From Blastocystis sp. subtype 4 (Eukaryota), in assembly GCF_000743755.1 (NCBI RefSeq), contig NW_014569419.1:1-34913 (forward strand): DNA of 34,913 bases, in the 5' to 3' direction. Below are positions 1-11,200 of this stretch, piece by piece (the stretch's first letter is position 1; each line of letters begins with the position of its first letter). A model generated the notes under the pieces. That model saw nothing but the letters and a program-made list of their open reading frames with translations. It did not search any database and was not told where the DNA came from. The translations under genes were made by a program, and so were the position numbers.

Positions 1-228
1 ATGATGCCAAGGCATCAACTACATACGATGAAAAAAGGAATAATGTGAACGACAATCTATCCAGGGGGTTCAGATTTGATATGGCATGTGTTCAGCAAAA
101 GACAAGGGGCTCAATTTGTACCCCATATTTCATTCATTCTCTTGTTCTACCATATCTTTGATGTTAGTGCCTTCTGGGAATTCTTTACAGTACTGTGTTG
201 GAGCTAACAAACATTTTTGGTGAAAAGC

Positions 229-1524
229 TCAGGATGCGGAACGATTCCCTCCTTTAAGAATATGAACAAGGACAAATGGGCCTATACATTAGAGTGGAAG
301 AGGATTGATGCCTTCGTCTATGTAATTGTCGTTTTGGTACTTATCTGTGTTTCCACGTGTTTGATATGGACGGACCTTCATCACCGCATGCATTCGAAGA
401 ACTGGTTCTCTACCGGCAAATGCAGCGAATCGACTATTCTATGTGTTCATTAGATGTGCTCGGATTACTCGGTTCTTTCCTTTGCCGCAGAGATAACAAT
501 TAGCTGTAATGTACCGAACGGTTGGATTGCTTTTGGGAATTGCGGTTGTGAATCCCTGCTTTTTCCATGTGTACTGCTTTGAAACATTCTTTACGCGAGG
601 AAATCCGAACATGGGTCTTCCATTCTTCAAGAATTCACAGCGGAGGAAGTAGATGGCTGGACATGGATTCATATATATGAAGTTTGGATGATATGTGACT
701 TGGTGATTGTCTATTCCCAAGTCATATAAAGGATACATGCCATTCCCTCTCTCCATATCAAATAGTAATTGCTGGTATTCATCAGCAGTTAGCCAGTGAT
801 CTGGAATCACGTATTGACTCATTTCTGTTGTAGAAATGGGTAATTGCAGTTGAGTAGCAGTTTCTTCCCATGTATGGTTCTTCTTTTCGTAGCTATCTTT
901 TTCTGGTTCAATTTCCATTGAGTACTCCTCATTGCCAGAATCGTCATCACAAGATTGTGGACTATTCATGGGTACGGGAAATAGATCAGGTATGATTGCA
1001 GGAACCATGATACCGTTTGTCGATTCCACTTCCATATCAGTTTCCTGAGGTTCTTTCTCCGCTCCTGTATCCCACAACACGGAGGGCAATTCAATAGAGG
1101 TATCTTTCTTGGGTAGCTCGTTGGAAAGATCGGTTTGCATAGGCTCAGAAAGACCAAACGACGGAAAATGGCCCATACATACTGCTTCCGGATCCACACT
1201 ACTTTTGTTTGAATTCATAGATAGGGTCAAAGGAGATAGAAAAGTAATCATAGGATCTGGTTCTGGGAGATCAAGAGGAAAGAAGTCATCAATAACTGGA
1301 TGATCATAATTGATATCTTTCGTGTCCAGAGTTGCTAACAGATCTGTATTTAGGAACGAATTATCCGCACTAGATAATTCACTTGATGAATCCAATAGTC
1401 CTGTAATCGAAAGATAATCTAGAAAAGGTTCTGTAGGCTGGTTCTCTGAAGGAGTAACCGATTGAAACATACCGTTGTTAATGGAAACCACAGGATCATC
1501 AGTAAGAAAAGAATTAAAAGACAT
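229..1524 (-). CDS. Putative transcription factor: acidic low-complexity N-terminus plus a divergent C-terminal CG-1 (CAMTA-type)-like DNA-binding domain
   Basis: ORF 439..1524 extends through a 30-nt GT-AG intron (439-468) and a 30-nt GC-AG intron (282-311) to ...DEGPFVLVHILKGGNRSAS-TGA (231-229). TGTTTGTT follows at 213-206. Blocks HWLTADEYQQLL, NPCPAIYFL, YTWKK and FVLVHIL resemble CG-1 blocks RWLRPAEICEIL, RPPSGSLFL, HNWRKK and IVFVHYL. Confidence 0.55.
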
Positions 1525-1685
1525 GAATTGATATCAAACAAAGAAACAGACAAAGTATGTTCATTGTAGCACAAATATCCCCAGGGGATAAGGATCATTG
1601 AACCAAACACCATAAGAGATGATTAATGAACTAAAAATCACAATTATCAACCACTGAGCCATGAGATAGATTGCCAGTAAAACCT

Positions 1686-2178
1686 ATGTGTTCAAGGGGT
1701 TACTACTTTTTGGACAAATTAACCTTTCGCTATTGTACGAATGGTGGTAGCAGTGCTGCTATTCGGTATTCTTGTGTGTCTGTGATGATTCGTGTAGAGA
1801 ATGGATGAAGAAGAATTTGATCGATTTCTCGAAAAGTAATCCTCAGTTGAAGGTTGTAACATCTGTTGTACCTAACCGACACCCCATTCTTATTGGAGAG
1901 TACAGTACTCCTCGACTTTCTATGTGTAATAGCTAGAAAATGGTCTTTCAAGACAAATTTGCGTAAAGAATATGAGTCAAAAGGACATTTGGGAACACGT
2001 AGTATGTGGTTGCTTGATATTAGAATAGGTGATGGAATTGAGAAATACAAATGGACATAAAGTGTCAAAGGTAACTCAGAGCGTATACACAAATAATCCT
2101 TCGTATCAAGGAGTATTTGATGATTATTTACGTACAGATTCGATTAAGGTTAAGCAAGTTCCAAATTGGATTGTTTAA
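1686..2178 (+). CDS. MRPL43: Mitochondrial (MRO) ribosomal protein mL43 / MRPL43 (L51/S25/CI-B8 family)
   Basis: Three 30-32-nt introns give MCSRGYYFLDKLTFRYCTNGGSSAAIREWMKKNLIDFSKSNPQLKVVTSVVPNRHPILIGEYKNGLSRQICVKNMSQKDIWEHVMELRNTNGHKVSKVTQSVYTNNPSYQGVF.... This matches mL43 motifs YC..GGSS.GIR, NPQL, HP...G.Y, VCVKN and PSVQG.W. The true end may be a poly(A)-made stop at T2167. Confidence 0.88.
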
Positions 2179-2189
2179 GAAAACAAACA
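2172..2189. terminator. Bidirectional 3'-end element: TGTTTAAG on + (mL43) and TGTTTGTT on - (pseudokinase)
   Basis: tgtttaagaaaacaaaca lies between convergent genes. Confidence 0.6.
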
Positions 2190-2218
2190 AAGCAAGCTCA
2201 TGACTTGAAAACACGAGT

Positions 2219-4538
2219 TTATTGCAGTGTTGCTAGCTTCTCCAGGATATCATTAATAACAGATTTCTATTCTTATATTCCCCTTCTACACCTACATCAT
2301 GTCTTGAGAGACAGAGCTGGCCACAATAACGGAGCACTTGTTCTACACTGCTCTTCTTTGCATAGCCAGCTAGTGCTGTTATTACTTTACTCAATTCGTT
2401 TAGATCAGCTCCAACTGTCCAGCCCGCACTACTTAATGATATACGAAACTCTGGAAGATTCAGTTTCACCTTCTTGTCTTTTGTCACATAGATGTGTTTC
2501 AAATCCAAAGATCCGTAAGGAAGATCAGATTGGTTGTAGACATATCGTACTCCATACAGCATTGCCATCGCAGCATCAATAAGGAAACTATCATCCACCT
2601 CTCCTTTGACAAGGAATACATCGAGTGATTCTCCTCCATATTCTTCAAGAATGCAATCGCGTCCTCCAATTCTGGAATACCCTATAAACTACAAATAACG
2701 GATAAGATTCGATCCAACTTTAAGAATGCTAGCATGTGACAATCGCTGTAAGAACTCTTTCTCTGTAAGCAGTTGACTTGATGATAAACTGGAAATGATG
2801 GAATCATATCGAATATGAATTGGATCACTGTTTCCATTCATCTCACACACATCATTTCGACTCGAATCACCAAATCCGACAGAGAAACCCAACTTCAATT
2901 GATCACAGGGAATAAACCCATAATTCTAATCATGACAAATCCTAATTAGCCTCACCTCAGTATTGCTAGTTGATTGGAACAGATGTGCTGGTTTAGAAGG
3001 CTTCTCTGGCTTTGGAGGTGGTACACTATGAGAACCATGAAGTGATTGGGACGGAACTTGTTGGAGAGCTGAAGGAGGAGTAACAAGTCGTGAAGGAGGA
3101 GCTTGATACAAATCGTCCTCTGTGATGAGAGAAGGAGCAGGTCGATTCGGTCGATGTGGTATATCAGATGATGGAAGAGAAGGAGCTCGACGAAGAGGCT
3201 TTGCAGGCTGAAGAGGAGGAGCATCACGATGAGGGACCATCGGCTCTTCATCTTCATCTTTATCTTGCTTGGATTGTGTCCTTCGCCAAGAGACAGGAGG
3301 AGGAAGAGGAAGTCGAGTTGACTGTGACAGAGATTCAGTTTCATTCAATGGCAGTCCTCTCTCTTCAAATGGAGCTTCTGGTTTCACCTGATCAGGTCCT
3401 TCACTAGAGGAAGACTCTCGGTACAAACTTAGTTTGGGTGGCTTTGGAGGAGGCGGAGGAGGCAGTTCGTAATGAGACTCAGATAGTCCCATCAACGCAC
3501 CTAGATTAGGTTTTGGCGGTATCACTGGTGGGGTACGAATCGATGTTGAGGGAACCTCTGTCTGATTTCCTATTTCTTCTGGTGTTGAGACTTCGCTGAA
3601 AGCTGTTGCTTCTGGATTCGAGGTCTCAGCTGGAGCATTCATATCAGATGAAGTCTTCAGACTAAGTTCTGTCATTATAGGTTCTGATTGTTCCTGAGGA
3701 GTTCCCACTGCTGATTGGATGGAGGAGGAAGATTCATCAGAATGAATGACATTCTCCATTGAATATTTGGCTGTCATTTCAATTGAATATGTATCCCTTG
3801 GAGATGAAGAGATGGATTTAACCTTTTTGCAACAGCAGGAGAGTGAAATGATAATAAAGATCAACAAGAGAAGAATTGAACCTCCTGAAGAAAAAAAGAA
3901 GATCCACACAGAACTACAATCTGAATACTCTTCCCACTGGCCTGAAATCACAAACATCAATAAGACCTACCATCAGTACATGTACGAATTGCACGACCAA
4001 GACCGAAGGAACAACTACGATACACAGAAGATCTATCATAAGTTTCTGGCCATTCATCTTCTGCATTGCAAACAAGCGCTACGACTCATGTCAGTATCAA
4101 TTCTATACAATAAATTTCGATTTGAATCGTTTGATTTCGGGTTCTTTCTTTAGGATAGGTTTCTTCTATCGTCACTACATAATCTAGCATTCCTGTTCTT
4201 GTTGCAGCATTCCCTGATATGATTCCATCCTGAAAAAAGAGACCTGGAGGTAAATCTAGATAACACATCAGTCTCGTTCCTACTTGGATTAATCGACCAA
4301 CTCCGATTTACTGAGGACAACTGAGGACATACATAGATATCATCTTGTTGACGAAGTCTGTATTGTGTTAACGAATACAAGTCTGCATTTGAATCAGCTA
4401 CAAGTCATTCTAAAAGAACGATTGATACAAAGAAATGAACAAGTGTCTCCAGTTCCTAATCCTATAACAGACAACTACATATCAATCATAAACAGTTAAC
4501 AATACAAGGACTGAAAGCCACAAATAGATCCTGTTCAT
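2219..4538 (-). CDS. Type I membrane receptor-like pseudokinase: signal peptide, Ig-like (He_PIG-like) repeat, HRM-like Cys module, TM helix, Pro-rich linker, degenerate TKL/TK-fold kinase domain
   Basis: One reading frame is kept across eight 28-31-nt introns. It runs from MNRIYLWLSVLLSVIGLG through WSINPNLPPGLFFQDGIISG, CNAEDEWPET..C..GLGRAIRTCTDGQWEEYSDC, the TM segment ILLLLIFIIISLSCCCKK and a PxxP-rich region. It ends with IPCDQLKLGFSVGFG...LLTEKEFLQRLSHASILKFIG...CILEEYGGESLDVFL...LYGVRYVY..LPYGSLDLKHIYVTKDKKVKL. TAA is at 2221-2219 and TGTTTGTT at 2189-2182. Confidence 0.7.
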
Positions 4539-4632
4539 AAAAACTGTGGATTCAGATACTTGAATGTCAGTTTGAACAATCGTTGGGATCCCAACAAACA
4601 AGAAAAATAAAAAGACAATAGTACAATCGTCT

Positions 4633-5148
4633 CTAGTGACGACGGTGATGGTGACGATGGGAAGAATCACCTGAATGATGATGACGACTTGATGTCAATT
4701 GAAGAGACAATACCTACTGTGAATGACTGTGGTGATGCTTAGAAGAATGACGACTACGACTTCGACTGCGTTTCTTCTCCTCTTCTTCATCAGAAGAAGG
4801 AATCAGTTGATTGAGTGATGGATCGACTTCTCCATTCTTGTTCAAGAAATTAAAACACTGATATGCCATATGACCCGTTTGACCGCATTTACTACAAACA
4901 CTTCGAGTTTTCAGTTCCTAAAAATGATCAATGTCTTCAATGCATACATCCGAATCTTCATCACTTCCAGATTGCTTCAAAGAGTTGATATAGTCACGCT
5001 TCTTCTGTTCAAATTGTCTTACCTGCTCTTCAGTAATTGAACTCTTTCCCGATATCGCCTCCGTCCAAATTGAAGTAGTTTTTAACAAATTGTCAGTAGG
5101 AACCAGATTGTTCCTTGGCATCTGCGAAGGAGACATATATCCATCCAT
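4633..5148 (-). CDS. CXIP4/SREK1IP1-like CCHC zinc-knuckle protein with an RS/His-rich tail (probably splicing-associated)
   Basis: MDGYMSPSQMPRNNLVPTDNLLKTTSIWTEAISG resembles plant CXIP4 MPANNRV....LQTHGIWQSAIG. After a 30-nt intron (4918-4947) come CSKCGQTGHMAYQCFNFL and RSRSRSRHSSKHHH. A second 30-nt intron follows, then TAG at 4635-4633 and TGTTTGTT at 4600-4593. Confidence 0.78.
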
Positions 5149-5212
5149 GTGACTATTACAACAAAAATAAAAAAAGAGAGTTCGAAAGAGAAAGAAGAAA
5201 TGAAAAGTATGA

Positions 5213-5220
5213 AACAAACA
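5213..5220 (-). terminator. TGTTTGTT polyadenylation element of the BEACH gene
   Basis: Exact motif, 4 nt downstream of an in-frame TG. Confidence 0.85.
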
Positions 5221-5224
5221 CAAC

Positions 5225-8200
5225 CACGATTTCTTGAAAAGAGACTTCAACAGACTACGTTTCCCTCCTTTCTCGCCTCCATTGGAAGGATCTAGATCCT
5301 TTCCATTTGATAAGCAGTTGTTAAGACACTGATAAATTAACCGACCATCACTCGTAGCAGCAAAAAATCCAGTATCTACAAATCATCATTTCTATTTGAT
5401 TTCACCTTCACTATTGAATACCATATGCTTGAACGTTTCTTCACCTGGAATTACGGTTAAAAACTCCATTAGCAAGATATCCAGAACAATACACTCACTC
5501 GAGACCAATCCTAAAAGTCATTCTCCTTCTTCAGATCTACCACATAACAGCACATCACGAGATTGAGAAAGAGCGTTTGATATACTAAAGATTAATCATC
5601 ACCATCACACATCACATGTCATGTTTCGTCTCCACAGCCTTGACAAAATGGCCACAGAAGTCATATTTTATCACTTTGTGAGAACATATCACAAGAATCC
5701 CATAAATTGAAATAACCACATCTAGAATCTGTTCCTGGGGAATCATTGCACGTAACTGTAACTGAGATGTGTACACGAGAAGAAGACCTTTGCGTGTTGA
5801 TTCAGATGTCTCTGAAACTGTAAAGAACCGGTTAAACAGGACTAGACAATCCAGAGAGGAAGAAAACACCATAGAATCATACTCACAAGCAGACGGAATG
5901 ACTGTAGACGCTATCGGCAGAGTATTCACAGTGAATGAAACAGAACTGGTTGTGTTGGTAACTGTGAGATCGAATATTGAAAGAAGACCAGTCCTATTAT
6001 GGATACAATCAAACATTCTTACTCTCCATGAACAGCTAAGAGTTCTCGATCTGCTGCCATGGTCAGAATACCAGCATTGAGAAAGCAACGAAGTGATTGA
6101 ATGGATCCAGGACTCAAAGGATGTGACTTCTCACTCAATGAAGTATTCACTGCCATAATTAGCAATTCACTACTATGATGGGGATCCAAGAAGAGAAGAG
6201 GAAGCTACGAATCACAAGAATGAATTGATCGTACTGAAGGATGCATACATAGGAGAGAACAATCATTCTTTGCCAAAAGATCCAGTTCAGTAATACGTTG
6301 ATTATAATGATTCACATTACTGATTAGATGAAGATGCAAGTCTCTGGTTGATACTGCTATGGTTGTGACTCTCTCTTGACCCTGGTTCCACAATGCAACA
6401 TGATCAATATGAGTTCGTTGACACTCCCATACCAGAGAAGAGTGAGAAGGAACTAATGGAAGGAACGGAATACCAAACAGATCAACCTTTCGAATCCGAG
6501 GACCAGAAAAAGGAGTTCGTTCTGCTACAGGAATCGAAGGAGGATCAAGTTCAGATCGTCCACATGTATACTCAGGTGCTGTGACCACTGTATCACGAAC
6601 AGAGAGGTTAGAAAAAGGGATTTCATAAATACTAATTCTCCAGTAACGAGAACAAGTTTTAGCAAATACAATTGTAGTGATGATTCCCGCAGGAGTTCGT
6701 TGTGAAAGTTCCTCTCCTATTCATAACTTATAATCATCACACCTACGATTACTGATCATTTTCCATGTATTCTCATTTGTGAAATATTCAACAGCATAAC
6801 AATTCCTATGACGATTGCTGGACTCAGGAAATTGATCTTCCAGAAGGATTTTGACAGAAGAAATGATTGCATAGTCATTACAATCAATCATCAAACGCCA
6901 AGGATAGTGAGAAAAAGGTGGCCATGTTAGACAAGTGTCTGGACAAACAATTGTAGGGATTGATGCAGAATCACGGGAATCGTCCGTTCGACAACAATAG
7001 ATACTCGTAGGATCAAAGAAGCAAGTTGAAGAAGATGCATATTCAGTTGTACCAAGAATCTGCTGCAGGCTGTAAGGAGTAAGAGAGAGAGATGAACCAT
7101 CATAGTCACTGATCTGATGAATTCGGCAACGATCACCAATCCAAGTACCATTCATTTCTCGATCAATGCTTTTACGATTCGTTTCGAGAAGCATATTGCG
7201 TAATGGTCGAGAAGAATTGATTCCAGGACGGCGTTTCGGATGCGACTGATAGAAAAGCATTCCAGGACACTGTCCAAAATGAGCCACTTGAGTGATAATT
7301 CCATTACGTGTTTCTATATCCTGAATTGTGGAAATATCAACTTGATCCGAATACGTCATATAATAGAAGAGATTATAGTTCCTCACAGCTTCATCTCCTT
7401 GCTGTTTATATCCAAATATCAAATCAATCCACTCACATAGAAGTGTAGTGGCAACTGGTCCTTCCAGACCTTGAATATGACGAGAAATAAGGAGTTCTGG
7501 TGTCATTATTCCATCAGAAAGCTGAGGTAATTTCACATCATCAACCTCTTCACCATCCTGTTTCGTTCCAAATCGATGATGATTTCGATTTACCAAAAAT
7601 TCAGGCGAAAAGAACCACTCGGGTGTTAACTCTTTGATCTCGGGTAACATTTCAAAACAACTTCGGAATGTCACAGGAATGCTGTGGAAAAGGCGGTCAC
7701 ATACATCAAAATGATTATCCTGAAGTAGAACATGCAAAGAAGTGTATGGTTCTTCTCGAAGCAAATAATAGAGAACACATCCTAACGGAGTACTGTAATG
7801 AGAACCGTAATAATAGGGAGGAATAATGGATTCCAGAATTTCATCTGCTTGTTCAGCTTCATCAGGATCTTCTTGTAATTCTCGATACAGTTCCATTGAA
7901 TGTTCATTGTTCTCCATACAATTCTGGAATCGATCGATATAAGCATTCAATCGTTTGAAATTCTGAGCACCCATAGGAAGAGAGAGATCACGATAGTACT
8001 TCACATTACTACACTTAGAGCAATCCAACATTCGTACTTTACATCAAAATCAGCTTTGCAATAGTCATTAAATAACCACGGGAATACTGGATATTGTGTG
8101 ATGTCTTGAAATGAACGTCCAGAAGCCTGGTTGAGGCAAATTAAATAATCAAAGTTACTCATACGATCATTCATCCATAACTCCGTGATACCCCAACGCC

Positions 8201-11200
8201 GCAAAAAATCTGCATCATCTTCCTCCAGTTTTTGGGCGATTGCAGTTGATGGGAGTACAGAGAGAATGTACGAATACACCATATTTCGCTTCATCTATGG
8301 ATGATATAAGAAGGAAAAGGAAACAGGATCTGGAAAATAGAGTAAAACACTGTTATAAAAACCGTGGTTATGATAATAGAATTCTAACGCAGATTGCTGA
8401 CAATTGTAAGTTCGTTTAAATAACATGTTGATATGTTTCAGTGAATAAACTTGAATTTGGGACATTGGAAAAACAGACTTCATTTCTGGAATAACAGTTT
8501 CCTCTATATATAATGACAATGAAATACAATCAACCTTGAATGGATTCTGGTTTGGGAGTCACTGTGAAGAAGAGTGATGAATCTCGAATCATGATTTCAC
8601 CCCATTGTACATCGAATACGCTAATATTCAAGCAGATAACATGAGTAATCAATGAACTATCAATTGAATTACTAAGGGTCTATCTATCAGAATACAAGAA
8701 ATTACAAACGCATTTGTGATAGTGTCCATACTGGGAGATGACTGAATCCGCTTATAGTGTTTGCTTCCACTTGATTTCAATTCCCAGCTCTCTTCAGCCA
8801 CATTATCCATACTCTTCATTGTATTCTCTGTTGACATTTCATTCCGACTCACTCGTGCACGTTCATATTCCTGGGTTGGTGGGATCACACGTCGAATCTT
8901 CCTTCGTACTCCATGAATATCCATATGAGGATCGAGAACGTAGTACGTACAGCGCTGTAAGTACAGCTCCTTTGATTCCAACTTATGCTCACGATATCTC
9001 TGACTGAAATAACGCCATGCCATTGTTCTACTTCGGAAGTAATTCTCCAGAGTTTCTTGCCATGTGCGTCGCTTCAGTCGTTGTGCAGATACAGCCAACT
9101 CACATTTGAGTTTGTTATTTGTGACAAATTGTTCATAAACAGGTCCCGTAATGTTTTTCAAATTACTCACTCGATTGGTAACAAATTGGTATGTTTGATT
9201 GGTAAGATGTTTTCGAGCATAAGTGGCTACTGGATACAATGACATGACATTCTGTCCAAACTGGACTGTTGTTTGGAGAATAGAATCATTGATATGAGAA
9301 AGGAAACCAAGTGTAAGTAATGGAACTGGAATGTAATCAGTATGCTATGGGTCAAAATGAGTGGAAATCATGTTACAGTAGGTATAGAGAGAAGATCTGA
9401 GAAGACTGGATTCGACAGCAAAGTATCACTCAATTGGAGACATTCACTCTGAATGAAATTCATTAAGACATCTCCATCTTCTGTTCGGTTTTCAATAACT
9501 ATGAAACAATCTCGCAGAACGACCAGATATGAACAAACTATCATTTGATATTGCTCACTATCCTCGCTGTAAGCATTTAGAATAAGTCGCATACTCCGTT
9601 GTAGTGACAAAAGATGTTGAATTCGAGTTTCCAGTTCCTTCTTCGCATCCCAGCATTCACGATATATTTGTCGATAGAAGACTGCACTCAAGAGTTCTAG
9701 AAGAGAGGAGTCAGTATCTGTTGTGAATTCAATAAGGTTCTCTGCTAATGGTACCAACACACCAACCACATCAAAACATTCCATTCCATCCATGAATAGC
9801 AACTCATCTCGGATACTCTGAGAGATAGCATCACTCTGAATCATAGGACTTAGTGTCATATGTAATAATCCAGAGTTCATAGAATCATGAATCCTGTCTT
9901 GCGGAAATGAGAGATAGATTGATGGGACTTGAGGATGAGATTCCCCTTTCTCATCCATCTTCTCAGTATCACGATCAGATTTGACATTCTTCATATCAGA
10001 AGAATGCTTGAAAAGTGATTTGTCAGGATGAGAACGTACTCGTCTTGATAAAGGAGGAATCGAATCTGATCCTGTCATGAGTTCCACACTTGGTTTCGAT
10101 GCTGGATCTCTTGCCAATTGATGCTGAATAAGCTCATGAAAACGCAATTGAACTGATTCTTGACGATTCAGTACTTCTAAAACAACAGCCAGAAGAGTTT
10201 CCATATTGGCCAATCGCCTCTTAGAAACCACATCCACACTGATCACACGTGTGAAGATACTTGAGATAATGTCACTAAGGAACTGATAAGCCTCTTGAGT
10301 AGGGAACGTAGAGACAACAAAAATTACGAAATACGATAGATTGTCAGCAAAGGTAGTCGATTCAATATCATTGAACAACAGTAAAGAGAGTATTTCTTGA
10401 ATAATTGGAAACAGTACTATAGTATGAAATCCAAAAACTGTCCTTACATTGATCATGTTGAAAACGGAGAAAAAGAAGAACCAATTCTTTCAGAATTCCT
10501 TGATAAATAAGAATCTGATGACTTTGAGAAACACGGGAATCATCTGATTCTTGGCCAATAGCTTGCATCAAATGGTTTGTATCCTCTGTGATATAGATTT
10601 TGAATTCCAAAAGAAACCCAAGAATCCGATCTATATCAACCAAATATCGTATGCAATGGATGTAGTGAGGAAGAAGTTTCGGATGAATGTAAAGAACAAT
10701 AGAAGAAATCTCATTCAATCCACCATCATTCTGTTTACGATTCTTTCCTTTTAGCCAATAGTTTAGGAGTGTTACTAAATTGGCATATTCACCCAAAGCA
10801 CTATTGGTATTAGCATCATAATCACGGTTATCCAAACATACTAAACATCGATAGAACATGTTATAAATGAGGTCTGTATTGGTTATCAATGGATCTTGTA
10901 TCTTATGACGATTTGTGATGATGATATACAGAATATACACAATGAAATTCAAAGTTTTCAATGTTAAACATCTCTATGGATAAAAAGAAGCTGGGGAGAG
11001 TACAGTATCCTGAGGAGATTCACCAGATACGACTTCAGATGACAAATCTTGTTGTAAGGATGGAACTGATATCAAGTGATCCAAGAGAATGATAATTGCA
11101 TTCATTGCATTGTAGTCTATCAATTCTTCAGACAAATGAACATCAGAAGAGTTATCAGAAGCATAATGAGTTTGAAGAAATGCAATGAAACCACTAATAT

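Noticed and set aside
1..180. Possible 5' end of a minus-strand gene leaving the window (one intron-like 32-nt segment)
   Set aside because: There is too little sequence to fix a frame or a product.
183..213. TGTTTGTT at 213-206 read as the start of an intron extending the first gene
   Set aside because: The frame already stops at TGA 231-229, so the motif is better explained as the poly(A) element.
1730..2092. Minus-strand 120-aa ORF and plus-strand ORF 1866..2060
   Set aside because: They are antisense or off-frame shadows of the spliced mL43 gene.
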